From Isurus oxyrinchus (taxonomy: Eukaryota), in contig JANJGN010000009.1 of assembly GCA_026770705.1 (NCBI GenBank), forward strand, positions 163,804,001-163,868,000: a stretch of DNA of 64,000 nucleotides, read 5' to 3'. Below the pieces are notes generated by a model, which saw only the letters and a program-made list of their open reading frames with translations, made no database searches and had not been told where the DNA came from. The translations under genes and the position numbers were made by a program. Position 1 is the stretch's first letter. The number at the start of each line of letters is the position of its first letter. Shown in pieces: positions 24,620 through 36,900 of this stretch.

Positions 24620-25240
24620 AAATAGCTTTCACCACCCCAGGAGGTCCCAAAGTGCTTTACAGCCAGTGAAGTAATGGAGGAAACTTAGCAGCCAATTTGC
24701 ACATAGCAAGCTCCCATCAAAAGCTATGAAATAAATGACCAGATCGTCTTCATTTTTAGATATTGGTTTCGGGAGAACTCCTTTGAAAAGTGTGGTGCGA
24801 TTTCTTTTCCTCTCCACCTTAGAAGGCAGGCAGCAGGGCTTCATCTCATCAAAAGATGGCACCTACGGACAGTGCAGCATGCCCTCAATACTGCCAGCCT
24901 GGACTGCGCACTCAAGTTACTGGATTGTGACTTGAATTCACAAACGTTTTGACTCAGAGGTGAGAGTGTTACATACTGAGCCAAGACTGAGATGCGGAGA
25001 AACTTCTTTAGCCAGAGAGTGGTGAATCTATGGAATTCATTGCCACAGAAGGCTGTGGAGGCCAGGTCATTGAGTGTATTTAAGATGGAGGTAGATAGGT
25101 TCTTGATTGGTAAGGGGTTCAAAGGTTACAGGGAGAAGGGGGGAGAATGGGGCTGAGAAACTTATCAGCCATGATTGAATGGCAAAGTAGGCTCGATGGG
25201 TCGAATGGCCTAATTTCTGCTCCTTTGTCTTATTGTCTTC
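24620..25240. mobile_element. Minus-strand Deu-SINE followed by a plus-strand CR1 3' end (24985-25240)
   Basis: SINE reverse-complement motifs, then MRRNFFSQRVVNLWNSLPQK. Confidence 0.7.
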
Positions 25241-25244
25241 CGGA

Positions 25245-25798
25245 CCGACATATTGACGAAATCATTCTCAATAACTTGTCCTGTACATGTCATTCCTATG
25301 ACCTGTCAACGGCCTATTAAGGTCATTAAAAAACTGATTGAGGTTATTAATGAACCTGCCCGTCCATGAAACCTCGGGCGGGATGATGTTTCATGAGGGA
25401 TTTAAAAATCTAAGAATATTTCAAAATAAAAGTTATGGACATGTCCCAACTCTTGTGTTGGTGTCACATGGGGGGACATTGTAGTGAAATTTATTTCTCA
25501 GCTTTATTTAAAGTTTAACATCTGAGACGATCTCCCTGAGGCAGCACTTTTCCTCAGGGAGATCTGTGCACTCCTTCGCACACTCCTGGCTGAGGGAATC
25601 CCCACCGCACCCCCCCTCACCCCGCCACACAGCGCATAGGGAGCGCATTGCACTTCCTGGCGGACATCACGCTGGGCGGGCCTTAATTGGCCCATCCACG
25701 TAAAATGGCAGTGAGCCCCGACCAGGGGTGCCAATCAGGAACCTGCCCACCTGTGCCCACTGCCACACATCCACCTGGCGGGAGGAAAATGTTGCCCC
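25245..25798. mobile_element. Partial Harbinger-type MITE related to 11218-11906
   Basis: Shared internal blocks (CTATTAAGG, GTCACATG.GGGGACAT) and terminal AAAATGTTGCCCC. Confidence 0.55.
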
Positions 25799-26687
25799 TA
25801 GGAATTTTTAGGTTGCATCAAACAGAAAGCATGTAAATATTCAACCCGACAAAAACTTATTTTATTCATTCTTGGGTTGTGGGGGCCATTGGCAAGACCC
25901 TGTTGTCCATCCCTTACTGTCCTTGAGAAGATGGTGGTGAGCTGCCTTCTTGAGCCGCTGCTGTCCTTGTTAGGGTGTTAGGTGTTGGGGAGAGAGGTCG
26001 GATTACTGACCCAGTGAAAATGAAGGAACAGCATTATGGTTTCTGGTCAGGATACTGAGTAACTTGGAGAGGAACTTGCACATGGTGGTGTTCCCACACA
26101 TCTGTTATCTTTATTCTACTAGATGGTAGAATTCAAGTGTTTGGAAGGTGCTGTCGAAGGAGCCTTGGTGAATTGCTATTACCTCAGACTACTTTTAAAG
26201 CATTTAAATTAGACAAAGGCTAGCTCCATTTACAATGTAATAAACTCACATTCAGCTAATACTCAGGCCTATAACAAAAACCTATTTTCGGTGTTAATGA
26301 TTTGGACACTCTGCAAGTTCTCACTTTATTTGTTTGAAGATACAACTATCAAGTGGCACTCACTTAGCAATAACCAGGTGATTGACGCTTAGTTTGGGTT
26401 CCGCCAGGATCATTCAGCTCTGACCTCAAATATGGACAGGGTCAGGGTGGGAAGGCCAGGCAGGGGGATCAGGTCAGGGACACAGGCCCATGCAAGCACA
26501 TTCCTGGCAGGCCTGAGGGGGAGGGGATGTGTCCAGCCTGGTTTGAGGATTGGGTGGTCCTGAGTCCCTCCAGGGGAAGGGGCTGTAGAAGAGAATTGAA
26601 AGTGAGAGGGGGGTGAGCCGCAGACTGCTCCGTTGGTCTCACGAGCACTTTCACCCCACTCCTCCAGTGAGGGGACTCGCACGTTTT

Positions 26688-28331
26688 ATGGCAGAGTCAG
26701 CAACAGCCTCAGAGAAGGCGGCAACTGAGGAGGACACGGCAATGGCTGAAGTGGTGGCACAGAAATGGAGGTGGAGGCTGCAGGTCTGGCAATACGGCAG
26801 AGGAGGAGTTGGCAAGGGCAGCGGAAGCAGAGGTGGTGGTGGAGTTGGCAATAGCAGTGGAGTTGACTGAGGAAGAGGCAAGAGTGGAGGAGGTTGAGGT
26901 GGAGGTGATGACTGAGGAGGCTGAGGTGGAGTCATTGGCTGAGGAGGCTGAGGTGGAGTCAGTGACTGAGGAGGTTGAGGTGGAGGCAGTGACTGAGAAG
27001 GTTGAGGTGGAGTCATTGGCTGAGGAGGCTGAGGTGGAGGTGGTGACTGAGGAGGTTGAGGTGGAGGCAGTGACTGAGGACGTTGAGGTGGAGGCAGTGA
27101 CTGAGGAGGTTGAGGTGGAGGCAGTGACTGAGTAGGTTGAGGTGGAGGCAGTGACTGAGGAGGTTGAGGTGGAGTCAGTGACTGAGAAGGTTGAGGTGGA
27201 GTCATTGGCTGAGGAGGTTGAGGTGGAGGTGGTGACAGAGGAGGTTGAGGTGGAGGCAGTGACTGAGGACGTTGAGGTGGAGGCAGTGACTGAGGAGGTT
27301 GAGGTGGAGGCAGTGACTGAGTAAGTTGAGGTGGAGGCAGTGACTGAGGAGGCTGAGGTGGAGGCAGTGACTGAGGAGGCTGAGGTGGAGGTGGTGACTG
27401 AGGAGGCTGAGGTGGAGGCAGTGACTGAGGAGGCTGAGGTGGAGGTGGTTGCCGAGGCGATGGAGGTAGTGAATGTCGGGGTGGAGGAGGAGACATCAGC
27501 AGCGGCAGCAGCAGAGACAGTGACTGAGGCTGAGGAGGGGGAGGCAGCGGCTGTGACAGTGACAGAGGGAGAAGCAGCGAAGGCGGCAGCAGCAAAGGCT
27601 GAGGCCACAGTGAGGGAGGCTGTGGAGAGGGAGGTGGAGGTGGGGCAGAGGCAGCGAGGAGACGGTACGAGACCAGGAGCAGCAACAAAACCTGCCTTGT
27701 GGTTTGTGAGGCTCAGGGCAATGGCGTCTGTGAGTTGATATCTTCCATGTGTCATGTGTGTGTCTCCGAGTCAGCGCACCGGACCACACTGCTTCTGCCC
27801 GATTAGGGCGCTTCAGTGGAGTCCGACACCAGTCCAGTGTCACCCAGCTCCCATTCCCGAGGACAGGTGATGGAACCTGCCCAGTGCCAGGATGAGCTGC
27901 TTGGTAAGATCGGGAGGTGGGAAGTAGAGAAGGCAGCCGACCAGGAAAAGCTGGAGGATATCTCCAGGATTACTGACTGTCTCCAAGAAGAAACTCTTGT
28001 AGCCTTCAGGCAGGGTATATGTATGTTTATATAGCTGCAATTTAAAGTTACCTGCCACATCCCTTTTAACACTTTCTAATGCAGCATCGCTCTGATCAGA
28101 ATCAGATTTATTGGGGTTGTACAAATGTCTCCCCAGCCTCTGATATAACAATAAAAAGCTGCTTTTTCCTTTCCAGTTGCAGTAAGAGGACTGTCCCAGC
28201 CTCTCAATGTGACAGGGCAGCCCAGGACTATGTCTCTCAGTGCAACACCCAGGAACACACACAGTGCAGCCCCCACATTGATTGTTGCAGTTGGTGGAGG
28301 GGCGGAAAGTGTGCATGTGGGAAGATATTGA
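26688..28331 (+). pseudogene. Possible decayed gene for an acidic E/A/V/T-repeat protein (paralogue at ~54667-56210)
   Basis: Long EVEAVTEEA frame with in-frame stops, and a plausible downstream intron (G|gtatat at 28015 to ttttcctttccag| at 28176). Strand is ambiguous because the minus-strand S/T and P/Q frames are also open. Confidence 0.3.
26896..27462 (+). repeat. 27-bp G-rich minisatellite, 21 units (GAGGTGGAGGCAGTGACTGAGGAGGCT)
   Basis: Units counted directly; includes a 189-bp higher-order duplication. Confidence 0.95.
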
Positions 28332-29399
28332 TTCTCACAACATTTCCATGGCTTTAACTCAGATTATTCTGAGTGTTTTGCCTGGAGTCAATTACAAGCA
28401 GCGTAGACAATGTCTGTGTTTTAATTGTGTCTGGCTGTCCTCGTTTTTCACAAGAAAATATGTGCAGATTTTATTCAACTTTTATTCTGAGTGTTTTTTC
28501 TGAGTTTATGGAGATGTAACCTCATATCAATTTAATTCAGAGCACCTTCATACACTCGCACACACCCACACACACACACAAATATCCTCAATCACCCACA
28601 CACCCACACACATACACACACACACAAACATGGGAATGCGTGATTTCAGTTCATTATTGACATTCTTGATCCTCATTTGGCCCTGCAATATATAAGTGCA
28701 CCAGCAATAAACACCAACAGATAAACGGGAAAAGTAACCAGTTTGGACGAGTACTACTTACATCACCAGTATTTCTGGCTGTTCCTACTGGGCGACCGGT
28801 AATACCGGTGATATTGACAGTTTTACTGGTCCTACCTAGTTCAGAACTGGACTTCATTTACCAGTTTGGAATTAGGATCTACTGGTGCCGGTATTACAGG
28901 GACTTCCTTCTGGGAATGACAATAAATGAATGTGCTTCTCAACTCACTGCATTGTCAACCTGAGGTCCATTGCTTTAGACATGTAAGAGTGAAGACTTTA
29001 CCCATGTGGAACAGATTGCCTTTTGAGGCCTGAGTTTCTTTCCGGTTTCAATGGTTGAAAACGTTTTGTTGTGTACAGAATGGTGAGGGTGGATGTTCAA
29101 TCCCAAATGAACATTGTTCAGTTTCAGCGCAATTCATTAACTCCACAACTAATTTAACAATTGATGACCAACGTAAATAGAGTTAAACTGAAAAAAATGT
29201 TTTCAAAGCTGTTGCACCTTGTCATGTAGATGGTGGCTTGAAACCACAAGAAAAATGTGCTGCTATTGTTAGGATTGAGGTGTGACAGAAACCTGTGGAT
29301 GTACAACAGGTGTTAGTCACAAAATGAAGGGTTGTGTTTGCAAATGGGAGAAGAAGAAGAATTGCATTGTTACAGGGCAAACACGTTGGCAGTAAGTGT

Positions 29400-32300
29400 T
29401 TGAAGGTTAAGCAGCTTCAGCTCAGAACAGACACTGCGACACATCAGGGAGAAGGAAAGTTACCTGGATTCTTTGTGCCAGGAGGCAATCACAGCTCTTA
29501 GGACAGGATGAGTGTGACTGCGAGTGAGGCAGGTAAAGGGACCCAGAGGGCAGGAGCGCAGGAGCCTCAGCCTTTACAATTGTTCTACAGGTCTGAAGTT
29601 TTCTCAGCTTGTTTGGACAAGAGCAGCGGGTGAGCAGGGGGGATGAGCGAACTGACCATGGCACCATGGCACAGGAAGCCATCCAAGTGGGGGGAGCAAA
29701 CAGGAATGTAGCGGTAGTGAGGGATAGTATAGTCAGAGGGATTGACACCGTTCTCTGCAGCAAACAGCGTGAGTCCACACGACCATGTTGCCTGCCCAGT
29801 GCCAGGGTGTGGATGTCGGCTCAGGGCTAGGGAGGAACTTGCATTGGGAGGGGGAGCACCCAGTCATCGTGGTCCATGTAAGCACCAACGACATAGGCAG
29901 CACAGAGAAGGTGGTTCTGCACAATCAGTGTGAGGAACAAGGCACCAGATTAAGAAGCAGAACCACAAAGGTCATAACCGATGGATTATTACCTGAGCCA
30001 TGTGCAAATTGCCACAGGACAAATCAGACTCAGGAGGTGAATGTGGCTCAAAGGCTGGTGTGGAAGAAGTGGGTTCTGGTTTGTAGGGCACAACAACCAG
30101 TACTGGGGAAAGTGGGATCTGTACCATTGGGATGGTCTACACCTGAACCGTGCAGGGACCAGTTTTCTTGCAAGCCACGTAACTAGGGAAGTAGAGAGGG
30201 TTTTAAACTAAATAGTGGACAACAGATCATATTCGGGATAATGTTGTAATTCAATGAGCAGAGACAAGTCAAAAGATAAAGGTATTATTAGGAAAGATGA
30301 AAAACAGACACTGACAAGGGGGTATAGTGAGAACAAATCTAACAGTAAATCAACAGATGAAACTGAAGGTTATAAAAAGCATAAAAGGATAAAACTAAAA
30401 GCTCTGTATCTGAATGCACGTAGCATTCAAAACAAAACAGATGAACTGAGAGCGCACATAGAAATCAATAATTATAATTTGATAGCCAATACGGAGACTT
30501 GGCTGCAGGAGGACATGGATTGGGATGTGAATATTGAAGGGTACAGAGTACTTAGGAAGGATAGGAAGCGAGGAAAAGGTGTAGCGGTGGCTCTGTTAGT
30601 GAATGATGGTATTAGTACAAGAGAGGAAGAAATAATTGGAGCTTGTCAGAAAGTCATGGTGATAATCATGGGGGACTTTAATTTACATATAGACTGGAAA
30701 AGTCAGATGGGCAAAGATAGCCTAGCTGAGGAGTACATTGAATGTTTTCAAGATAGTTTCTGAGAACGGCATGTTCTGGATTCAAACAGACAGCAGGCTA
30801 TACTAGACCTGCTATTGTGCAATGAGATGGGAGGAATTAACGATCTCACCATGAAGATGCCCCTAGGAAATAGTGACCATAATAGGATGAATTTTACATT
30901 CAGTTTGTAGGAGAGAGGAGTGGGTCTGAGTCTAAGGCGGGGATTTTTGGGCCCTGCTGCTGGTGGGACTCGCTGTGGGGGAGGCAGTTCCCCAGCCAGA
31001 AGCCCCACTGACTTGCGACAGGACAGGAAGGGCCGGCGAGCGGGTGTGGAAAATCCCACTGTAAGTTTTTAAACTTTAATAAGTGCAATTATAAGGACAT
31101 GAAAGCTGGGATGGCTAAAGTGAATTGGCAAAATAGGTTAAGGGACAGGTCAATCGAGATGCAATGGCTCATATTTGAGGGGATATTTCAGAATGCACAT
31201 TCCAACGAGTAAGAAAAAGTCTAAGTGACGGACACACCATCCGTGGTTAACTTGAATGTTTAAACATAGTATCAAACTCAAAGGAAAAGCTTATAATTCT
31301 GCAAAGAGAGGTGGCAGGTCAGAAGATTGGACAGAATAAAAGGAACAGCAAAGAATGACTAAAAGACTAATAAGAAGGGAAGATTTAGTTTATGAGAGAA
31401 AGGTAGCCAGGAATATAACAACAGATAGGAAGAGTTTTTATAAGTACGTAAAAAAGAAAAGAGTGAACAAAGTGTGTGCTGGTCCTATAGAAGGTGAGCC
31501 TGGAGAATTGATAATGGAAAACAAGGAGATGGCAGATGAATTGAACAGGCATTTTGCACTAGTCATATTGAAAATGTTAGAAGCTATTATTAAAGAAATT
31601 ATAGCAGGACACTTGGATAAGGTCATGGTCATCAGGCAGAATCAACATGGTTTTGTGAAAGGGAAATCTGTTCAACCAGTTTTTTGGAGTTCTTTGAGGA
31701 AGTAACATGTGCTGTGGAGAAAGGGGATCTGGTGGATGTACTGTACTGAGGTTTCTAGAAGGCGTTTCATAAGTTATTGTGGAAAATAAAAGCTCATGGT
31801 ATAGGGGGTCACATACTGGTATGGATAGAAAATTGTCTGGCTAACAAGAAACAGAGAGTAGGCATGAATGAGTCTTTTTTAGTTTGGCAAGATATAAGAG
31901 TGTTGTGGCACAGGGATCATTGCTGGGACCTCAACAGTTTGCACTTAATATCAACGACTTGGATGAAGGGTTTGAAGGGATGGTTTCTGAATTTGCTGAT
32001 GACACAAAGATAGGTAGAAAGTAAGTTGTGAGGGGGACATAAGGAGGCTACAAAAAGATATAGATAGGTTTAGACAGTGGGCACTGATCTGGAAAATGGA
32101 GTATAATGTGGGAAAATGTAAAATTGTCCATTTTGGCAGGAAGAGTAAAAGAGAAGCATGTTATCTTAATGGTGAGAGATTGCAGAGCTCTGAGGTGCAG
32201 AGGGATCTGGCTGTCCTTGTGCATGAATCACAAAAGGTTAGTATGGAGATACCGCAAGTAATTAGGAAAGCTGATAGAATGATTTCATTTATTGTAAGGG

Positions 32301-32750
32301 AGATTGAATTCAAAAGTAGGGAAGTTATTCTTCATCTGCATAGGGCACGAGTGAGACTACATTTGGAGGACTCTGTACAGTATTGGTCACAATATTTAAG
32401 GAAGGATGAAATGCATTGGAAGAAGCTCAGAGAAAGTTTACCAGGCTAATACCAGGAATGGGTGGATTGTCTAATGAGGAAAAGTTGGACAGACTAGGCT
32501 TCTATCTGCTGGAGTTTAGAAGAGTAAGAAGCGAATTGATTGAAACATATAAGTTCCTGAGGAGACTTGACAGGGTGAGTGCAGAGAGGATGTTTCCTCT
32601 TGTGGGAAAATGAGGGGTCACCCATTTAGAACACAGATTAGGTGATTTTTTTGAACTCAGAGGCTCGTGAGTCTTTGGAAATCTCTTCCTGAAAAGGTGG
32701 TGAAGGGGAGGCTTCGAATATTTTTAAGGTAGAGGTGGAGTGGTACAAAT
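29400..32750 (+). mobile_element. Degenerate CR1 LINE spanning ORF1 (esterase) and ORF2 (endonuclease/RT) with internal deletions
   Basis: DSIVRGID...CCLP..RV...VVHVSTNDIG (ORF1); LYLNARSIQNK...ETWLQ...MGDFN (endonuclease); NQHGFVKGKS and LEDSVQYWS (RT). Many frameshifts. Confidence 0.88.
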
Positions 32751-32881
32751 CAGCAGTAACTTGTGGCAATTCACGATTCATTGGCTTTTTTCTTCATCGT
32801 CAAAAGTTGCTGATGATTTTCACATTAAAAGAGGTGTTTGTTGTTCATACCCCATTATATTTTCAGTAAGTTCTAGCCCAT

Positions 32882-33470
32882 TGTTATAGAGTTGATTTTC
32901 CAGGCAACTTTTCTGGGTGGAAACATTGAACTTTATTTACAAGACAGCTGCAGCAGCTACATGTGTGTATCTAACTCTATAACTAAAGGACAACTCCCCG
33001 TGGAGGTTCCCCATGCTGCAAATTGGTTGGTTTACACAGATCATGTTCTCTTACAACAAAGGATTATTCTTAATGTTACAGTCCTACCTTGATCAAAACT
33101 ATAATTATTACATTCCTCACCCTTTACCTTTTCTGTACATTTGTATTTACAAGGATGTTGATCTCATGACATTAAAATACTTCCACAGGTCATGAAATTA
33201 TAAGCTTGGTCTTTCAAGTGGTTCCCTGTGGAACGTTTTAGTTTCATGACCTCAGATTCTCTGACAGGAACCACAGTCTCTGCAATAACATGAGGTACCT
33301 CCTTAGACACAGGCAGATCAGTGTCGTCCACTCCGACAGAGACATCGGGCATGACTATCCTTGGCTGTACAATTTTAACAGGAACCACAGGTTCAACAAT
33401 GGCTACAGGTGGAAAATTATTTTGTGCGGTATCTCCATTCTTTTTAAATCAATCAGGAGCTTACCGGTGA
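32882..33470 (-). mobile_element. Gypsy LTR retrotransposon relic: pol C-terminus, PPT and 3' LTR (32882-33112)
   Basis: TGT...ACA LTR ends with an adjacent polypurine tract. The minus-strand peptide ends KLKRST(W)IRKPLERPSL* in the 61707 copy, typical of Gypsy pol tails. Confidence 0.6.
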
Positions 33471-33779
33471 TCTACAAAGATTAGTAAATAAAACCAAAAT
33501 ATTAAGAAATCTCTGTATTCAATTTGACAACTAAATTTCAGAAATGAAAAAAATACCTCTGTTCCTGTGGGGTTTGTGGAAATTGGGACGGGGTTCCTGT
33601 TTAAATCACTTCACAATTCATTATAAATACTAGTTCAGCTCATCATTATCCACATGTTCTAACTTTTTAACATTCTTGTTTTCAGGATTTTATATCCTTT
33701 CAATGAAAATTAGTTTAGTTCTTTTGTTAAATATAACTGACAGAAATTCAAGTTCTCAGGGGTCAGATTTCATCAGCTG

Positions 33780-33830
33780 CCTTAATGTGGTTTCATGACC
33801 TGGCTTCCTGCTATCTTCTTCCTCATTTAA
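33780..33830 (+). promoter_or_regulatory. Putative myeloid-type proximal promoter of gene B (RUNX, ETS and PU.1-like sites)
   Basis: TGTGGTTT at 33786-33793, CTTCCTG at 33804-33810 and CTTCCTCATTT at 33818-33828, 100-145 bp upstream of the ATG. Motif match only. Confidence 0.5.
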
Positions 33831-33928
33831 ATTCCTTGTATCATTTATATTAGACACTTATTTCGATGTGAGAAACAAGAGCTGAGTGTCTGGAAACAAG
33901 TTCTGCCCTGATCTTTGTGAACAAAACA

Positions 33929-33965
33929 ATGTGGATTTTGATTCTCCTCATTAGTTCTCTGCCCG
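33929..33965 (+). CDS. Gene B signal-peptide exon
   Basis: acaATGTGG...CCCG|gtgagt, reading MWILILLISSLP. Phase 1 joins the V exon to give VSGALW. Identical coding copy at 62761. Confidence 0.88.
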
Positions 33966-36900
33966 GTGAGTGACAGCCAGAGCTGGATGTTCCGATATTC
34001 TGAGTTGGTTTAACTCTCGTGCGCTGGTTATACAGGAGATGTTTAAATATTTGGAGACATGCAAAGGCACAAGAGAGGTCTTGGGCACAGTGGGTAGTGT
34101 CTCTGTACCTGAGCCAGAAGCTCTGTGTTTGAGTCCCACTTCTGTTCTTGTTGAGAATGGAAGGCGCGTTCTAACCAGGACCAACAGATTGATTATCAAC
34201 CTGAAAATCTACCAACAGACCGAAGGCTGGTGGTAAGAGGGTTTGAGATCCGAGTCCAACATGATTGATGTGGAGTGGTGCCGCTCATTCTGTTGTCTCC
34301 GGAGGTTAGTGACCTGTTCCAGGGAAAACAAGCTTTGGAAAGCAAAAGTAAACATGTGCTTTGACTGCCGCATCCGTCTCTAGATGTGGGAAGTCTCCTA
34401 AGTCTAAAGGCACAAAATAGTCAGCAAAACCAAATGAGTAATAATTGTGAAGTATTTTATTACCCTGTGAATTAACTATCACAACATGGGAATAGTTAAC
34501 AAATAAACTGAACTGCATTATTAATTATGAATGATAAATAAAGGAGAATTAAATTTTCAGAAAGCTATGCAAGCAACATTTTGAAAATGAAAACCTTTTT
34601 TAATTGGTAATTTTCAATATAATCTGATGTCCAGTATAGACTGAAGACTGCAGCGGTAATAATCCCACAAATAAAACATGTCCCAAGTTTGTAAATATTT
34701 CTGTTTTTTAAAGTACAGTTGATGAAATATTGTGTTATGAGGCTCTCTCAGTGACACTGTTCCTCACTGGTAGATGGTTGGTCTACATCACTCTTCTCAT
34801 AAGTAGCCTTTTCTTGTTCATTCTTTAACTTTAAGAAACTAGATTTTGCTCATCACTCAGTATTGCCACCTCTCCATCATTTCGATGAATCTATTTTATA
34901 ACACACAATGTTAAACTCCCAGCCCCATCTGCTCTTAACCACCTCCCCAAAATATTTTGTGCCTCTAGCTGATCAATTTTATGCAGAATACTTGATGTAC
35001 TTATGGACAGGAAACTGAATCATGTTTCTGTCTGTTTGGCAATCTTCTTCTTTTCAATCCTTCCTCTTTCTGATCTGATCTCTTTCCCATTCCCTTTACA
35101 TCTGTAACTTTCCCTGTATCTTTTTCCTTTCCTTCATTTCTCTCTAGCCATTTAATTATTTTCAATCTCTCTTTTGTTATTTTAGTGCAAACTCTTTCCC
35201 CACAGCATGAGTTTCTCTCCCAGCAAGGCCATTGGTCTCATGAACGTTCAAGTCAAGGCATCCAAATCCCTACCTCAGGAATCCATCCATACTGTAAGGC
35301 CACCTATCACACAACCTCGCAAACTTTCAAGACCTTCAAATCCTACCTTTGGACATCCCTAACTCATTCAAGATCTGAACAACCCCTCCTGCAAGGACAC
35401 AACCCTACCCCGCACCCCACCCACCTCAGATCAGAGCAGGGAACTGTCGGCTCCTGTGACCACCTCCACACTGCTCCCCAGCCGACTGCAAATCAGGCCT
35501 GTCAATCAGACTGGTTTCTGGCTGTGGAACCTCCTGATGATGTCATACGCAGTCTAGGGTGAAACCCCAAAATATGAGGCAGAACCCCAATTTCCAGATT
35601 CCCTCACTCTACTAGCCCCTGCCAATATGTCAAGAAAATGCCCCAATTATCTCACGAGTATATCATTGTCTGAGACATGCTTTGGAACCACAGTGAGGCT
35701 CTGATAAGTGTCTATATGAATGATTACTCTCATCACAAACTTGATGGAATTTAACTCATTAAAATGCATCTGTTTGAATTAAGCAGTTATTTCCTGTTCA
35801 ATTCCTGAAATGTTGTCTCCTCAGTTTCAGGTGCATTGTGGGCAAAAGACAGAGTAACAGGAGTTGTGGGAAGAGCGATCACAATAGAATGTCACTATGA
35901 TGCACGGTACAAGTCACATATAAAATATTGGTGTCGCGGCTGGACTCGCCAGTGTAATGTTGTAGCATCGACAAATTGGCGAAATGGAAGAATATCGGTC
36001 ACAGATAACAAGTCACAAGGATTATTTATTGTTACTATGGAGGATCTTCACTCAGGAGATACAGGATGGTACAGCTGTGCTATTGAAGTAACTGGCCACG
36101 ATCCAATGTTTAATGTAAAGCTACAAATATCTTACGGTACATTTCTTACTGTTTTTCTTTATTACTCTCGACTGAAATGTCTGCTCAATGTTTTATCTGG
36201 GAGGAAACATGACAGCTCTGATATCCCGAGGCTCCACAGCAATGCAGAGTCTTAAAGGTAAAGGGCAGTGGTCGGGAAATCCAACTCATGTTACCCAAAC
36301 CCAATTCAAGGCCTGTCCAACATGTCAGAATTGAACTTTACAAGTGAACTAAACGGAAATTGAGAAGTTGTTTTGATGGTAAAAGAAGCCTCTTTATTAA
36401 TTGTTGAGACATTGGGCTGGATATTCAGCCTCAAAGCGGGTAGGGGGAATTCGGAAAATTCCCCGCTCGGCCTTGGAAGAAAGTGCCCACAAAGGTGGGA
36501 TTCCCATTGCTGGGAGCTGTGCCCGGGCTGCAGTCTGGCCAGCCACACCAGGAAGAAATGCAGAGGCAGCCACAGGGGCTGCCGGCTGCGGAGACGGGCT
36601 GTTTAAAAGGCCCCTCCTTAATGCCCTTGGACTTTGTAACAGCTAAACTCAAAACACAAAGGCCCTTCACCCCTCACCCCTCACAGCCCACAAAGGGGGT
36701 GGATGTGAGGGGAAAATTTGTCATGAGGTGGCTTGGAGGTGGGTGGAAGTGTACAGCTTGAAGTCAGGAGCATGAGGGGGTATAAGGCGTGGGTATAGGG
36801 ATAGAGGGGGAACGAAGGGCCAAGCGGGTTGGATGGGGGTGTGACTTGACATAGCGGGCATGAGATGCACCTTTTGAACTTAGCTGTTAAAAGATCCCCT

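Noticed and set aside
26896-27462. CRISPR-like array or Ig switch region
   Set aside because: Head-to-tail repeats with no unique spacers in a vertebrate context; no Ig constant exons nearby and the unit lacks AGCT motifs.
26709-27755. Confident mucin gene on the minus strand
   Set aside because: No signal peptide or supported splice partners, and several frames are open because of repeat composition. Kept only as a low-confidence finding.
28700-28920. ACTGG/CCAGT-rich segment as an exon or regulatory array
   Set aside because: No consistent period, splice sites or recognisable product; possibly an old DNA-transposon end, but unsupported.
29400-32750. Active CR1 element
   Set aside because: Multiple stops, frameshifts and internal deletions; the second copy arose by segmental duplication, not retrotransposition.
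34080-34145. tRNA gene
   Set aside because: A/B-box-like head of a decayed SINE with no complete cloverleaf.
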